NCBI GenBank assembly: GCA_963705915.1
Contig: OY970126.1
Location: 102,753-166,752 of the forward strand
Reading direction: 5' to 3'
Source: an uncultured bacterium
GTDB taxonomy: Bacteria; Patescibacteriota; Minisyncoccia; UBA6257; 2-01-FULL-56-20
Length of the DNA stretch: 64,000 nucleotides
In this document: piece by piece, positions 10,053 to 20,253 of the stretch
Numbering within the stretch: the first letter of the stretch is position 1
Layout of the letters: each line of letters starts with the position of its first letter
Program-made: the position numbers and the translations under genes
Notes under the pieces: generated by a model
The model's database searches: none
Seen by the model: the letters and a program-made list of their open reading frames with translations, nothing else
What the model was told of the DNA's origin: nothing

Positions 10053-11300
10053 ATGGTAAAAAACGATTACAAAAAATTACCCGACACGCCGGGCGTATAT
10101 ATGATGAAAAACGCCGAGGGCAAGATTTTATATGTTGGCAAGGCAGGTAACTTGCGCCGACGTGTTTCGAGTTATTTTGAACGGCCGCACGACGTGCGCA
10201 TCGAACGGCTCGTTTCAAAAATCCACACGATCGATTTTGAGCAAACCGACAGCGCCCTTGAAGCGCTTATTCTCGAAGCAGAACTCATCAAGAAACTTGA
10301 GCCACCGTTCAACGTGCGGGAGAAAGACGATAAAAGTTTTCTCTATGTCGAAATCGGCAAAGAGCGATTCCCGAGAGTGTTTTTGGTGCGTGGAAAAGAC
10401 GCGGAAACCGGCAGGCGCTACGGCCCTTTTACATCGGCCTCGAGCGCCCGTGAAGCGCTTCGTATTCTCCGGCGAATTTTTCCATGGAGCACCCATGATC
10501 CCGATACGATTGGAAAGTTCAAACGGCCCTGCTTTGATTACGAAGTCGGATTATGTCCCGGCACGTGCATCGGCGCCGTAACGCGCGAGGAATATATAAA
10601 AAATATCGACCGACTCAAATTATTCCTCGAGGGCAAAAAGAAAAGCGTTATCCGTTCATTCGAAGCCGATATGAAGGCGGCGAGCAAAGCGCTCGCGTTC
10701 GAGAAGGCGGAAAAACTGCGGCGGCAATTGTTTGCCCTCAGGCACATCCGCGACACGGCATTCATTTCCGATTCCGAAATCGTCGCCGGCTCCCATGGCG
10801 ATGGCCGCAGCGAAAAAGTGAATGGCGAGCCCTATCGCATCGAAGGCTATGACATATCGAATATTTCAGGCACCGACGCCGTCGGATCGATGGTGGTATT
10901 TGAGGACGGCAAGCCGAATAAAGATGAATATCGAAAATTTAAGATAAAAAGCATTTTCCAACCGAACGACGTCGGTATGCTCACCGAGGTTCTCACGCGA
11001 AGATTCTATCGACATGCGATCGGCGGCCGAGTAACTGCGGAAGCGTGGCGTCTGCCGGACCTTGTCTTAATTGACGGCGGCATCGCGCAGGCAAATGCCG
11101 CAAAAAAAGTTCTACTGCGCGCCGGCCTCAACGTTCCCATCCTCGGCATTGCGAAGGGCGCGGAACGCAAACGGAACGATATCATCGGCGCAATCCCCAA
11201 GGGTGTCACAAAAGAAACGCTCATCCACGTGCGGAACGAAGCGCACCGTTTTGCCATTGGATACCATAAAGCCCTCCGTAGCAGGAGAGCTTTGCGCTAG
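10053..11300 (+). CDS. uvrC: Excinuclease ABC subunit C (no C-terminal HhH2)
   Basis: GIY-YIG PGVY..YVGKA.NLR.RV.SYF, RIEGYDISN, PDLVLIDGG, RNEAHRFA. Confidence 0.93.
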   Translation: MVKNDYKKLPDTPGVYMMKNAEGKILYVGKAGNLRRRVSSYFERPHDVRIERLVSKIHTIDFEQTDSALEALILEAELIKKLEPPFNVREKDDKSFLYVEIGKERFPRVFLVRGKDAETGRRYGPFTSASSAREALRILRRIFPWSTHDPDTIGKFKRPCFDYEVGLCPGTCIGAVTREEYIKNIDRLKLFLEGKKKSVIRSFEADMKAASKALAFEKAEKLRRQLFALRHIRDTAFISDSEIVAGSHGDGRSEKVNGEPYRIEGYDISNISGTDAVGSMVVFEDGKPNKDEYRKFKIKSIFQPNDVGMLTEVLTRRFYRHAIGGRVTAEAWRLPDLVLIDGGIAQANAAKKVLLRAGLNVPILGIAKGAERKRNDIIGAIPKGVTKETLIHVRNEAHRFAIGYHKALRSRRALR

Positions 11301-11316
11301 CTGGTCCAGAATATAT

Positions 11317-11904
11317 TTAGTTCGAGATCGTGAAGGCCGGGCTTATGATTGACGGAAGATTATTGCCGTCAAATGACAGCCGGATTTTATAGGTTCCCGG
11401 CACAACTTCTTTTTTGAGCGGACTATAGCGAGAAAGGGAATATTCACGGGTATCCCAGGCATACGAAGTTTGGTCGGGTCCGGTTTGCGAAAGGATAACA
11501 CCGATGAACGCTCCCGTCTGCCCGTTGAGTAAATCAATCTCGCCGGTAATGTTTCCTGCATTGTCCCACGAAATGGGATTGGTGACTCCGATGACCCACT
11601 GGTCGTTTGTGACCGGTGTTATCAAATGAATGACGACTGGCGGTGCCGGGCGATTTGATCCGGCACCGTTGGGGGCTGTGCCCGGCGGGAGCGTGTTGCC
11701 GTTTGCACCGCCCGCGCTCGTAGTGTTTGCCGCAGTCGTTGTCACGGCCGAATTTTCTGCGGTTGCGGTTGAAGATGTGTTTGTCGTCCCGCCCGGAGTT
11801 TGTGATTGATTGGTAAGACTCCCGTGAACTAGAACAAGCACGATGATGACCGCGATGACCACGGCTGCGGCCACGACTTTGCTCGTATTGCTCATTTTGT
11901 CCAT
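11317..11904 (-). CDS. Membrane-anchored Ser/Thr-rich surface protein with Ig-like C-terminal domain
   Basis: N-terminal TM, T/S/G/P linker, C-terminal ITP...ISW...Y.W...PGTYKIR...S..FTI pattern. Confidence 0.7.
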   Translation of the reverse strand: MDKMSNTSKVVAAAVVIAVIIVLVLVHGSLTNQSQTPGGTTNTSSTATAENSAVTTTAANTTSAGGANGNTLPPGTAPNGAGSNRPAPPVVIHLITPVTNDQWVIGVTNPISWDNAGNITGEIDLLNGQTGAFIGVILSQTGPDQTSYAWDTREYSLSRYSPLKKEVVPGTYKIRLSFDGNNLPSIISPAFTISN

Positions 11905-11919
11905 AATGAATCTTATACC

Positions 11920-12501
11920 ATGAATGTCCGCGTTCGACAATCAGTTTCGCCTACGTTGCGCCACGGTGGTATCGGCGTTTTGCCGACCGATACCATTTAC
12001 GGCATTGTAGGCTCCGTACTCAATAAAGAAAGCGTCCTGCGCATCTACAAGGTGCGGCGGAGGAATCCAAAAAAACCGATGATTGTTTTGGTCGGCTCAA
12101 TGAGTGACCTTGCGCGTTTCGGCATTGTCCTTTCACCAAAGATTAAAAAGGTATTAAAGAAAATTTGGCCCGGGGCGGTTAGCGTTGTGCTCGATATCGC
12201 TGCGCCATCCGCAAAAAAGAAGTTTTCATATCTCCATCGCGGCACCGGAACGCTCGCATTTCGCATGCCGAAACTAGCCTCGCTCCGCGCCCTCCTGCAA
12301 GAAACCGGTCCGCTCGTCGCGCCGAGCGCCAATTTCGAAGGGAGGCCATCAGCGAAGACCGTTCAAGAAGCAAAAAAATATTTCGGCGATACAGTCGATT
12401 TCTATGTAGATACCGGCCGTCGTAGTGCAAAGCCTTCAACGCTTATCAAAATTGAAAGGGACGGCATCGTGGTTCTCCGGCAGGGATCGGCAAAAGTATA
12501 A
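11920..12501 (+). CDS. tsaC: Threonylcarbamoyl-AMP synthase (TsaC/YrdC)
   Basis: PTDTIYG, K.R...KP, WPGAVS, APSAN. Confidence 0.92.
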   Translation: MNVRVRQSVSPTLRHGGIGVLPTDTIYGIVGSVLNKESVLRIYKVRRRNPKKPMIVLVGSMSDLARFGIVLSPKIKKVLKKIWPGAVSVVLDIAAPSAKKKFSYLHRGTGTLAFRMPKLASLRALLQETGPLVAPSANFEGRPSAKTVQEAKKYFGDTVDFYVDTGRRSAKPSTLIKIERDGIVVLRQGSAKV

Positions 12502-12527
12502 GCCAGAGGCCGTGATACAATAACAAT

Positions 12528-14204
12528 ATGCTTTCCGACGAGATCAAGCAATTTTTTCATGGCGACGTTGCAACCGACGGCGCGACGATCGAAAAATATA
12601 GCCGCGACTATTCGGTATTCAAAGTTCGCCCGCAAGTCATCGTTTTTCCCAAAGATATCGATGACATCAAGAATCTCGTCAAATTCGTCAACAAAAAAAA
12701 AGCTGCGGGCGAGAATATTTCGCTCACCGGGCGTTCGGCCGGCACCGACATGACCGGTGGGCCACTCAATCAGGGGATTATCGTTTCGTTCACCAAATAT
12801 TTTAACCACGTTCAAGAGATCCATGAGTCGACGAACAGCTCTGACGAGGCGTATGCCGTCGTCGAGCCCGGTGTCTATTTCCGTGATTTTGAAAAGCAAC
12901 TCATACCAAAAGGACTTTTGTATCCGGCCTACCCAGCTTCAAAGGATTTGTGCGCCCTCGGGGGGATGGTGAATAACAATTCCGGCGGCGAAAAGACGCT
13001 CGCTTATGGCAAGACGGAAAACTACGTCCGGGAGCTCGACGTTGTTTTGAGCGATGGCAATGAATGTACGGTGAAACCGCTTGAGGGTACGGCATTACGA
13101 GCAAAGCTCAACGAGCCAGGATTTGAAGGCGATATATACCGCAAATTATATGAGCTTATAGAGAATAATTACGAAATCATTAAAAAAGCCAAGCCGGATG
13201 TTTCAAAAAATTCCGCCGGATATTATCTTTGGAACGTGTGGGATAAGAAAACGTTTGACCTCACGCGCTTGCTCGTCGGTTCGCAGGGGACGCTTGCGCT
13301 CCTTGCAAAGGCAAAGCTCGGCCTCGTCCGCGCGAAAAACCATTCGCGCCTGTGCGTGATCTTCCTAAAAACGCTCGATCCCGTCGCCGATCTTGTCGTT
13401 GACGTTCTCAAGTTCCATCCCGAGAGTATCGAATCATACGACGACAAAACGATGGAGGTCGCAGTGAAGCTCTGGCGCCAAGTGCTCGGCTCGATGAAGG
13501 GAAATGTGTTCAAACTTGGATGGCAGTTTCTTCCGGAAATGTGGATGGTGCTTCGCGGTGGTATGCCGAAGATGATTATGCTTGTCGAACTCACTGGAGA
13601 CGACGAGAAAGCCTTGGTTGAAAAATTGAATCAACTTGCCGATGACGTGCGAGCATTTGCCAAAACTCATCCCGGCATTCAGGTGAATCCGCTTCGCAAC
13701 GAAAGCGACGAAGAAAAGTATTGGACGATTCGGCGCGAAAGTTTTGCGTTGCTCCACAATAATACGACCGGCAAAGATACGGCGCCCTTTATCGATGATT
13801 TCATCGTAAAGCCGGAATATCTCCCGGAATTTATGCCGAAATTGAATGCCATCCTCGATGCCTATAAAAAAGATCTCATCTATACCATCGCTGGTCATCC
13901 GGGCAACGGTAACTTCCATATTATTCCGCTCATGAATCTCAAAGATCCCCGCGTCCGCGCGCTCATTCCGGAAATCTCGGAAAAAGTGTATAAGCTTGTT
14001 TTCGAGTATCACGGCTCCATCACCGCCGAGCATAATGACGGCCTCATCCGCACGCCATACCTCGAAGAAATGTACGGCGAGAAAATCATCGAATTATTCC
14101 AGGAAGCGAAAAACATTTTCGACCCGCAGAACATCTTCAATCCTGGCAAAAAAGTTGGCGGCAGCCTGCAGTACAGCGTGGACCATATAACCGCGACGCA
14201 ATAA
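12528..14204 (+). CDS. FAD-linked oxidoreductase (GlcD/D-lactate dehydrogenase family)
   Basis: RSAGTDMTGG, GGMVNNNSGG, GSQGTL, H.GNGNFH, AEHNDG, FDP.NIFNPGK. Confidence 0.88.
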   Translation: MLSDEIKQFFHGDVATDGATIEKYSRDYSVFKVRPQVIVFPKDIDDIKNLVKFVNKKKAAGENISLTGRSAGTDMTGGPLNQGIIVSFTKYFNHVQEIHESTNSSDEAYAVVEPGVYFRDFEKQLIPKGLLYPAYPASKDLCALGGMVNNNSGGEKTLAYGKTENYVRELDVVLSDGNECTVKPLEGTALRAKLNEPGFEGDIYRKLYELIENNYEIIKKAKPDVSKNSAGYYLWNVWDKKTFDLTRLLVGSQGTLALLAKAKLGLVRAKNHSRLCVIFLKTLDPVADLVVDVLKFHPESIESYDDKTMEVAVKLWRQVLGSMKGNVFKLGWQFLPEMWMVLRGGMPKMIMLVELTGDDEKALVEKLNQLADDVRAFAKTHPGIQVNPLRNESDEEKYWTIRRESFALLHNNTTGKDTAPFIDDFIVKPEYLPEFMPKLNAILDAYKKDLIYTIAGHPGNGNFHIIPLMNLKDPRVRALIPEISEKVYKLVFEYHGSITAEHNDGLIRTPYLEEMYGEKIIELFQEAKNIFDPQNIFNPGKKVGGSLQYSVDHITATQ

Positions 14205-14214
14205 ATGCGAATAA

Positions 14215-14250
14215 TAAAAAAACACCCCCGACGCATTGTCGGGGGGTGGT
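14215..14250. terminator. Terminator between convergent genes
   Basis: CACCCCCGAC-GCATT-GTCGGGGGGTG preceded by A-run. Confidence 0.65.
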
Positions 14251-14252
14251 GG

Positions 14253-14789
14253 TTATGCAACCTCGAGGATAGCTCTTGTTGAAGTCCTCGCTATCGTCGG
14301 GTTGGGGTTCCTCCAAACGATCTTTAGCGGATCGGCTCTCAAGATCCTCTTGATCTTTTCGCGCGCTGAACGGTGCCACGAGCTGGCGAGATCAAGCTTG
14401 AGGTATCGCTGCCAATGTATCAAGGCTTTCCGCGGCGCCCCGCTCATTTCATATGCCAACGCCAGGTTGTAGTGCGGGTCGGGGTAGTTTGGAGCGATGC
14501 GGATGGCTGCCTGGTATTCGGCGATTGCCGATGGCAGGTCGCCAAGGTCGTCGTAGGCATTCGCAAGGTTAAAGTGGGCCACGACGTGATTTGGATCAAT
14601 GGCAAGTGCTTTTTGATACTGATCACGCGCGGATTGAAAGTCCGAACGATCGTGGTATATCCTCCCAAGGTTGATGTTCGCACAAACGTGATTCGGATTG
14701 ATGGCAAGGATCTCTTTGTAGAGCTTGGCCGCCCCCAGGGGGTTCGACTCTTCAAGCGTAAGGGCCCGTTTCAAAAGTTCCGTGCTCAT
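14253..14789 (-). CDS. Tetratricopeptide-repeat protein
   Basis: Tandem TPRs (ANINLG, AHFNLANAY, PHYNLALAY); AGGAG SD upstream. Confidence 0.85.
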   Translation of the reverse strand: MSTELLKRALTLEESNPLGAAKLYKEILAINPNHVCANINLGRIYHDRSDFQSARDQYQKALAIDPNHVVAHFNLANAYDDLGDLPSAIAEYQAAIRIAPNYPDPHYNLALAYEMSGAPRKALIHWQRYLKLDLASSWHRSAREKIKRILRADPLKIVWRNPNPTIARTSTRAILEVA

Positions 14790-14885
14790 TTCATGCTCCT
14801 GTGGTACGTTTTTGAAATTCCTGCCTGAACCATAGCACGAAATGTTTTTTAATGGTATCCTAATGAAAATTCTCGGATTTTTCCC

Positions 14886-16103
14886 ATGCGCCAGTCGCAA
14901 TTATTCACGAAAATCGAGCGGAACGCACCCAAGGACGAAACCACCAAAAACGCCCAGCTTCTCGTGCGCGCCGGGTTTGTGTCAAAGCTTATGGCTGGCG
15001 TTTATAGCTATCTGCCGCTCGGCTTGCGGGTGCTGAACAATATAGAGAACATCGTCCGAGAAGAAATGGACGCCGTCGGCGGGCAGGAGATTTCCATGGC
15101 GATCCTTCATCCAAAGAATATTTGGCAAACCACCGGCGGCTGGGACAAAATCGACGTCCTCTTTAAATTAAAGAGCCGGACCGACAAAGAATATGCCCTT
15201 GGTCAGAGCGAAGAAGAGGTGGTGACGCCGCTCGTCATGAAATATGTGAATACCTATAAGGATCTTCCGAAGGCGGTATATCAGATCAACTGGAAGTTCC
15301 GCGATGAGCTTCGTTCGAAATCCGGACTGCTTCGCGGGGTGGAATTTCTCATGAAAGACATGTACAGCTTCCATGCCGACCAGAGAGACTTCGAACGTTT
15401 TTATGCCGAAGTCAAAAAGGCGTACTTCAAGATCTATAAGAGACTTGGCCTCGTTGCAAAAGCCACGGAAGCGTCTGGCGGCGCGTTCACGGAAAAAATC
15501 TCCTATGAATTTATGGTACTCACCGATGCCGGCGAGGATGAAATACTCTATTGCGACGCGTGCGAATTTTGCGTAAACGTGGAAATCGCCAAAGAAAAGG
15601 AAGGGGACCAGTGTGACCGGTGCAGCAAAGGCAAGCTCGCAAAAGCAAAAGCCTCGGAGGTCGGTAACGTTTTTGATCTTGGCCAAAAGTTCACGAAGGA
15701 TTTCGACGTGACATTCACAGACGAGAACGGTGAAAAACAGTATCCGATTATGGGTTGCTACGGCATCGGCATTTCGCGTCTGATGGGCGTTATCGCGGAG
15801 AAATATAACGATGACAATGGACTGTTGTGGCCGGATGCCGTTGCGCCATTCAAAGTCCATCTCCTTGCCCTGAACGACGCCGACGGTACGCATATCTACA
15901 ACGCTTTACGCGAGAAAAATATTGATGTACTCTATGACGATAGACCGATCTCCGCAGGCGAAAAGTTCGCAGAAGCTGACCTCATCGGCATTCCGTGGCG
16001 CTTCGTCATAAGCCCGAAGACTGGCGAAGGCATGGTGGAGGTAAAAAAACGCGGCGAACAATCAACCAAAACGGTGAACCTTGCAGAAGCCCTCACATTC
16101 TAA
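14886..16103 (+). CDS. proS: Proline--tRNA ligase (short form without editing domain)
   Basis: MRQSQLF, GVYSYLPLG, KFRDELR, MKDMYSFH, MGCYGIG. Confidence 0.95.
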   Translation: MRQSQLFTKIERNAPKDETTKNAQLLVRAGFVSKLMAGVYSYLPLGLRVLNNIENIVREEMDAVGGQEISMAILHPKNIWQTTGGWDKIDVLFKLKSRTDKEYALGQSEEEVVTPLVMKYVNTYKDLPKAVYQINWKFRDELRSKSGLLRGVEFLMKDMYSFHADQRDFERFYAEVKKAYFKIYKRLGLVAKATEASGGAFTEKISYEFMVLTDAGEDEILYCDACEFCVNVEIAKEKEGDQCDRCSKGKLAKAKASEVGNVFDLGQKFTKDFDVTFTDENGEKQYPIMGCYGIGISRLMGVIAEKYNDDNGLLWPDAVAPFKVHLLALNDADGTHIYNALREKNIDVLYDDRPISAGEKFAEADLIGIPWRFVISPKTGEGMVEVKKRGEQSTKTVNLAEALTF

Positions 16104-17146
16104 TGGCACTCTTCGATTCAATATTTAAAGATATCGGCATCGATCTTGGAACGGCTAATTCTCTCATCTACGTAAAAGGAAAAGGTATTTTAGTGAACGA
16201 GCCTTCGGTTGCCGCCATTAACACCAAGACAAATCATGTGCTCGCCGTTGGCGAGGATGCAAAAAAGATGCTTGGCCGAGTGCCGACGCATATCAATGTT
16301 GTTCGTCCGCTCGTGAACGGCGTGATCTCGGATTTTGAGATGACGGAAGAAATGCTTCGCCATTTACTCACGCGTCCAAAGACGAGCTCTATGGTTTCCT
16401 ATCGCCGCGCCATCCTCGCGATTCCTAATAACCTCACGGAAGTTGAACGAAAATCAGTGGAAGACGCGGCTTTAAATGCCGGTGTTTCCAAGGTTTATCT
16501 CGTGGAATCACCCACGGCTGCAGCGCTCGGAGCTGGTCTTCCGATCGAGCTTCCATCGGCCAGCCTTATTATCGATATCGGTGGCGGAACAACGGATATC
16601 GCCGTGATTTCAATGGGCGGTACCGTTGTCTCGCGAACGCTTAAAGTTGCCGGCGACCGATTCAACGAAGATATCATGCGCTTCGTCCGCGACGAATTCC
16701 ATCTCGCGATCGGTGAACCGACCGCTGAATTTGCAAAGATCGCCGTCGGTTCTGCTATGCCGCTTGATGAACGCATGGAAGTGCCGATCCGCGGCCGCGA
16801 CTTGAGCACGGGATTGCCGCTCGAGATCATTCTCAAAAATAATCACGTTCGTATGGCAATTTCAAAATCGCTTCGCCAGATTGTGGACAGCGTCCACGAA
16901 GTGATCGAAGAAACGCCGCCGGAACTTGCAGGCGATGTTCTGCGGCAGGGTATCATGCTTTGCGGCGGAGGGGCGCTCCTGCGCGGCCTTGATGAGCTTC
17001 TCGAAAAGGAGACGAACGTTGCGGTGCACGTGGCCGACGATCCGCTCACCTGCGTGGCGCGCGGTTTGGGCCAGATGGTGGACAATTTTGATGCGCATCG
17101 GGAGCTGCTTGATAACCCCCTGAAGCCGCTTTCGATCAACTTATAA
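16103..17146 (+). CDS. mreB: Rod shape-determining protein MreB
   Basis: DIGIDLGTAN, EPSVAA, IDIGGGTTD, GGGALL. Confidence 0.95.
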   Translation: MALFDSIFKDIGIDLGTANSLIYVKGKGILVNEPSVAAINTKTNHVLAVGEDAKKMLGRVPTHINVVRPLVNGVISDFEMTEEMLRHLLTRPKTSSMVSYRRAILAIPNNLTEVERKSVEDAALNAGVSKVYLVESPTAAALGAGLPIELPSASLIIDIGGGTTDIAVISMGGTVVSRTLKVAGDRFNEDIMRFVRDEFHLAIGEPTAEFAKIAVGSAMPLDERMEVPIRGRDLSTGLPLEIILKNNHVRMAISKSLRQIVDSVHEVIEETPPELAGDVLRQGIMLCGGGALLRGLDELLEKETNVAVHVADDPLTCVARGLGQMVDNFDAHRELLDNPLKPLSINL

Positions 17147-17162
17147 ATTTTTAAACTTTTCC

Positions 17163-17873
17163 GTGACCTACCGCCGGTCCCATCGATGGATTCTCGGAAT
17201 CCTCATTCTTGTGCTTGTTGGAGCGATTTTTTTTGCGCCGTCGTATGGATGGGAATTGCGCAGTTGGCTCGGTGAAAATCTTGGGTCGGGGAATGGCGCC
17301 GGCCAAGGTACATCCCTTGATGCGAGCACGTCTGCGCTCGCTGCACAGAACGCCGAGCTTGAAGCAGAGCTCGCGATGTATCAGACCGTCGCATCGCAAT
17401 TGCCCGTTGATTCGAGCAATGATATCCGCGCGATGGTCTATTCCCGATATCCGCTTAATTTTAAAAATGAGATTTTGGTAAACGCCGGTTCTGCGGACGG
17501 CGTGACGAGCGGCACGGCGGCGCTTTTTGAGGGCTTGCTCATCGGCCGCGTGATCCAGGTTTTTCCGCACGAATCGCTCATCCAAACTGTTTTTGATAGC
17601 GGTTTTGAGATGGCCGTACGGGTGAGCACGTCGAGTTATGACGGCCTTTTCGAGGGCGGCGCATATCCAAGCGTCGGATCGATAACAAAATCGGCGAACC
17701 TGTCGGTGGGTGATGTTGTTTATTCAGCTACTCCTGGCTTGCCCTACGGGATCCCGATCGGCACCGTGGCCGCCACGAGCACGTCGGCTGATAGTTTGTT
17801 CACGCAGGCTGCCGTCACATTTCCGTACGACATTGATCAAATTAAGACGGTATTCATCGCGCAAGGATCATGA
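17163..17873 (+). CDS. mreC: Rod shape-determining protein MreC
   Basis: TM plus coiled coil, INAGS.DGV-like, GLLIGRV, GIPIGTV; follows mreB. Confidence 0.85.
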   Translation: MTYRRSHRWILGILILVLVGAIFFAPSYGWELRSWLGENLGSGNGAGQGTSLDASTSALAAQNAELEAELAMYQTVASQLPVDSSNDIRAMVYSRYPLNFKNEILVNAGSADGVTSGTAALFEGLLIGRVIQVFPHESLIQTVFDSGFEMAVRVSTSSYDGLFEGGAYPSVGSITKSANLSVGDVVYSATPGLPYGIPIGTVAATSTSADSLFTQAAVTFPYDIDQIKTVFIAQGS

Positions 17874-18304
17874 TGAGATTTATTTTGGCATGTCTGTTTC
17901 TCGCCCTCGCATTTGTGATGCAGTTTTGGTTCGCTTCGTTCGGCGTTTTTATCAATTTCATTTTCGCTGCGCTCATCGCCTTCGCATTCCTTTTTGATTT
18001 TTGGGATTTGCTTTTCTTCGTGCTCGCTGCGATTTTTGTGATTAACTGGCAGCCAGCATTCAGTTGGGAACTTTTCATCTTTGCCGCTGTGCCATTCGCG
18101 GCTTACATACTCCACAATTACACCACATGGGAAGCGTGGGTTGCGAACCTTGCAAGCATCGTACTTGGCTTGCTCATCCTTTATATTTCCATTGCACCGC
18201 GGCTATTCCTTGCGAACCTCAGCACGTTTTTTGTCGATCTCTTCGCATGTCTCATTTTCGGGAGCATTATATTTGGAGCGCTGAATAGGAGGGAAAATCG
18301 ATAA
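17870..18304 (+). CDS. mreD: MreD-like membrane protein
   Basis: Highly hydrophobic 144 aa ORF between mreC and mrdA; call is positional. Confidence 0.6.
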   Translation: MMRFILACLFLALAFVMQFWFASFGVFINFIFAALIAFAFLFDFWDLLFFVLAAIFVINWQPAFSWELFIFAAVPFAAYILHNYTTWEAWVANLASIVLGLLILYISIAPRLFLANLSTFFVDLFACLIFGSIIFGALNRRENR

Positions 18305-18333
18305 TGTGATAAAATGTCGGTACCAAAGATTTT

Positions 18334-20253
18334 ATGCCTCGCCGTAAAACAAAATATAACGAAATCGCTTTCGAGGATTCCTTGAGCGACGACTGGGGTC
18401 GCGACCTCACGATGGTCGAGGTGCCCCTCGGTAACCGGCCGCTCTGGGTTCTGGGGATTGTCCTCGGAGGCATCGCGCTTGTCATCCTCGGCCGCGTCGC
18501 GCTTTTGAATATCACGGGCAACGCCTACTTCACGGCGCGTGCCGCTTCGAACGTTGCACAGGAAAATGAAACGCCTGCGCCCCGCGGCATTATCTACGAT
18601 CGCGAAGGCGACGCGCTTGTTGAAAATAAAGCCGTCTTCGCGGCCTACCTTGATCCGCATCAATTCTTATCGGAAGATCCTGGACAGCAGGCGAGTACGA
18701 TGCAGGCGATCCAAACTATTTTCGGACTTTCATCAGACACCATATCTTCAATGCTCGACAACAGCGAAGCGCAGGACTTCGCTTCGCCGGTTGTTTTGAG
18801 TGACAGCCTTACCCAAACCGAACTCGTGAACCTTCAAGCGATAAATGCCAGTCAGCCGGCGATCGATTTAAAGAGCAGTTTTGAACGGATATATCCGAAC
18901 GGCCCCATCTTTTCATCGGTTGTGGGCTACATCGGCCATGTGACGCAAAGCGACCTGGAAAACGATCCAAATCTCACCGTGCAGGATCTTGTCGGCAAAG
19001 CAGGCATCGAAAAACAATACGATAGCACGCTCGAGGGCATTCCCGGCGTGAGCGTGCAGTTCACCAATGCGCAGGGGCAGGTTTTAAAAACCGAACAGCA
19101 ATCGAATGCTTCCATTGGCCAGTCCGTGACGCTCACCATTGACGGAGGTTTGCAGACGGCCCTTTATAACGATCTCGTGAGCGGACTTGCCTCGCTCGAC
19201 CGCACCGTCGGCCTTGGCCTCGCCATCAACCCGCAGAATGGACAAGTGCTTGCGATGGTGAACCTGCCCGGCTATGACAACAATGTTTTTTCAAATCCCG
19301 CGTCGAACACTGCGGAGATTGAGAATTTACTCACGTCTCCCGACGAACCGCTATTTGATCGCGTGGTCTCCGGCAATTACAATCCGGGGTCAACCATTAA
19401 GCCGCTCGACGCGGTTGCAGGACTCAAAGAAGGCGTGATCGATCCCAGTCGGGAAGTTTTTTCACCGGGATATTTGCTTGTGCCGGATCCGTATAACTCC
19501 TCAACGCCAACCCGCTATGCTGACTGGCGTTATCAAGGCTATGTGAATCTCGCCGCTGCACTTGCACAATCATCCGACGTCTACTTCTACCTCGTCGGCG
19601 GCGGGTCGCCGGTATCGACCCCAATGTTAAACGATCCGAGCGATTACGGCATCACGGGACTGGGCATCACCCAGCTCCATGATTGGTGGCAGACGTTTGG
19701 CCTCGGTAAGCCGACCGGCATCGATATGCCAGCGGAGGCGAGCGGATTTTTACCAACGCCGCAGTGGAAGCAGCAGAAGATGGGAACGCCGTGGCTCCTC
19801 GGTGATACGTATAACGTCTCAATTGGGCAGGGCGACTTGCTCCTCACGCCACTCCAACTCATGAGCTACATCGACGCGATCGCGAATGGCGGCACAATTT
19901 ATCGGCCATATTTGAATGCCAGCTCGACGCCGGTTGTTAATGAAGATTTAACATCTTTGCTGCCAGAAATTCAGGACGTCCAACAGGGAATGGTCGAAGG
20001 GGTAACTTCGCCGCTCGGCACGTCGTATACTTTGCATGACCTGCCGTTTCCGGTGTGCGCAAAAACTGGCAGTGCACAAGTGCACGACAATTCTCAGGAG
20101 AACGCGCTCTTCGTTGGCTACGCACCGTGCAACAATCCACAAATCGCATTGCTCATCCTTATCGAAAATTCAAAACAAGGCAGCTTGAATGCTGTGCCAA
20201 TCGCAAAACAAGTGCTTAATTGGTATTATGAAAATAGGATGACGCAACCATGA
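18334..20253 (+). CDS. mrdA: Penicillin-binding protein 2
   Basis: PRGIIYDR, GSTIK (SxxK), SSD (SxD), KTG motifs. Confidence 0.92.
   Translation: MPRRKTKYNEIAFEDSLSDDWGRDLTMVEVPLGNRPLWVLGIVLGGIALVILGRVALLNITGNAYFTARAASNVAQENETPAPRGIIYDREGDALVENKAVFAAYLDPHQFLSEDPGQQASTMQAIQTIFGLSSDTISSMLDNSEAQDFASPVVLSDSLTQTELVNLQAINASQPAIDLKSSFERIYPNGPIFSSVVGYIGHVTQSDLENDPNLTVQDLVGKAGIEKQYDSTLEGIPGVSVQFTNAQGQVLKTEQQSNASIGQSVTLTIDGGLQTALYNDLVSGLASLDRTVGLGLAINPQNGQVLAMVNLPGYDNNVFSNPASNTAEIENLLTSPDEPLFDRVVSGNYNPGSTIKPLDAVAGLKEGVIDPSREVFSPGYLLVPDPYNSSTPTRYADWRYQGYVNLAAALAQSSDVYFYLVGGGSPVSTPMLNDPSDYGITGLGITQLHDWWQTFGLGKPTGIDMPAEASGFLPTPQWKQQKMGTPWLLGDTYNVSIGQGDLLLTPLQLMSYIDAIANGGTIYRPYLNASSTPVVNEDLTSLLPEIQDVQQGMVEGVTSPLGTSYTLHDLPFPVCAKTGSAQVHDNSQENALFVGYAPCNNPQIALLILIENSKQGSLNAVPIAKQVLNWYYENRMTQP

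Noticed and set aside
15995-16102. Upstream extensions of ORF-track starts (mreB, rplU, rpsP, efp, 45720, 48981)
   Set aside because: They overlap upstream genes or terminators; downstream ATGs fit family N-termini and promoter spacing.
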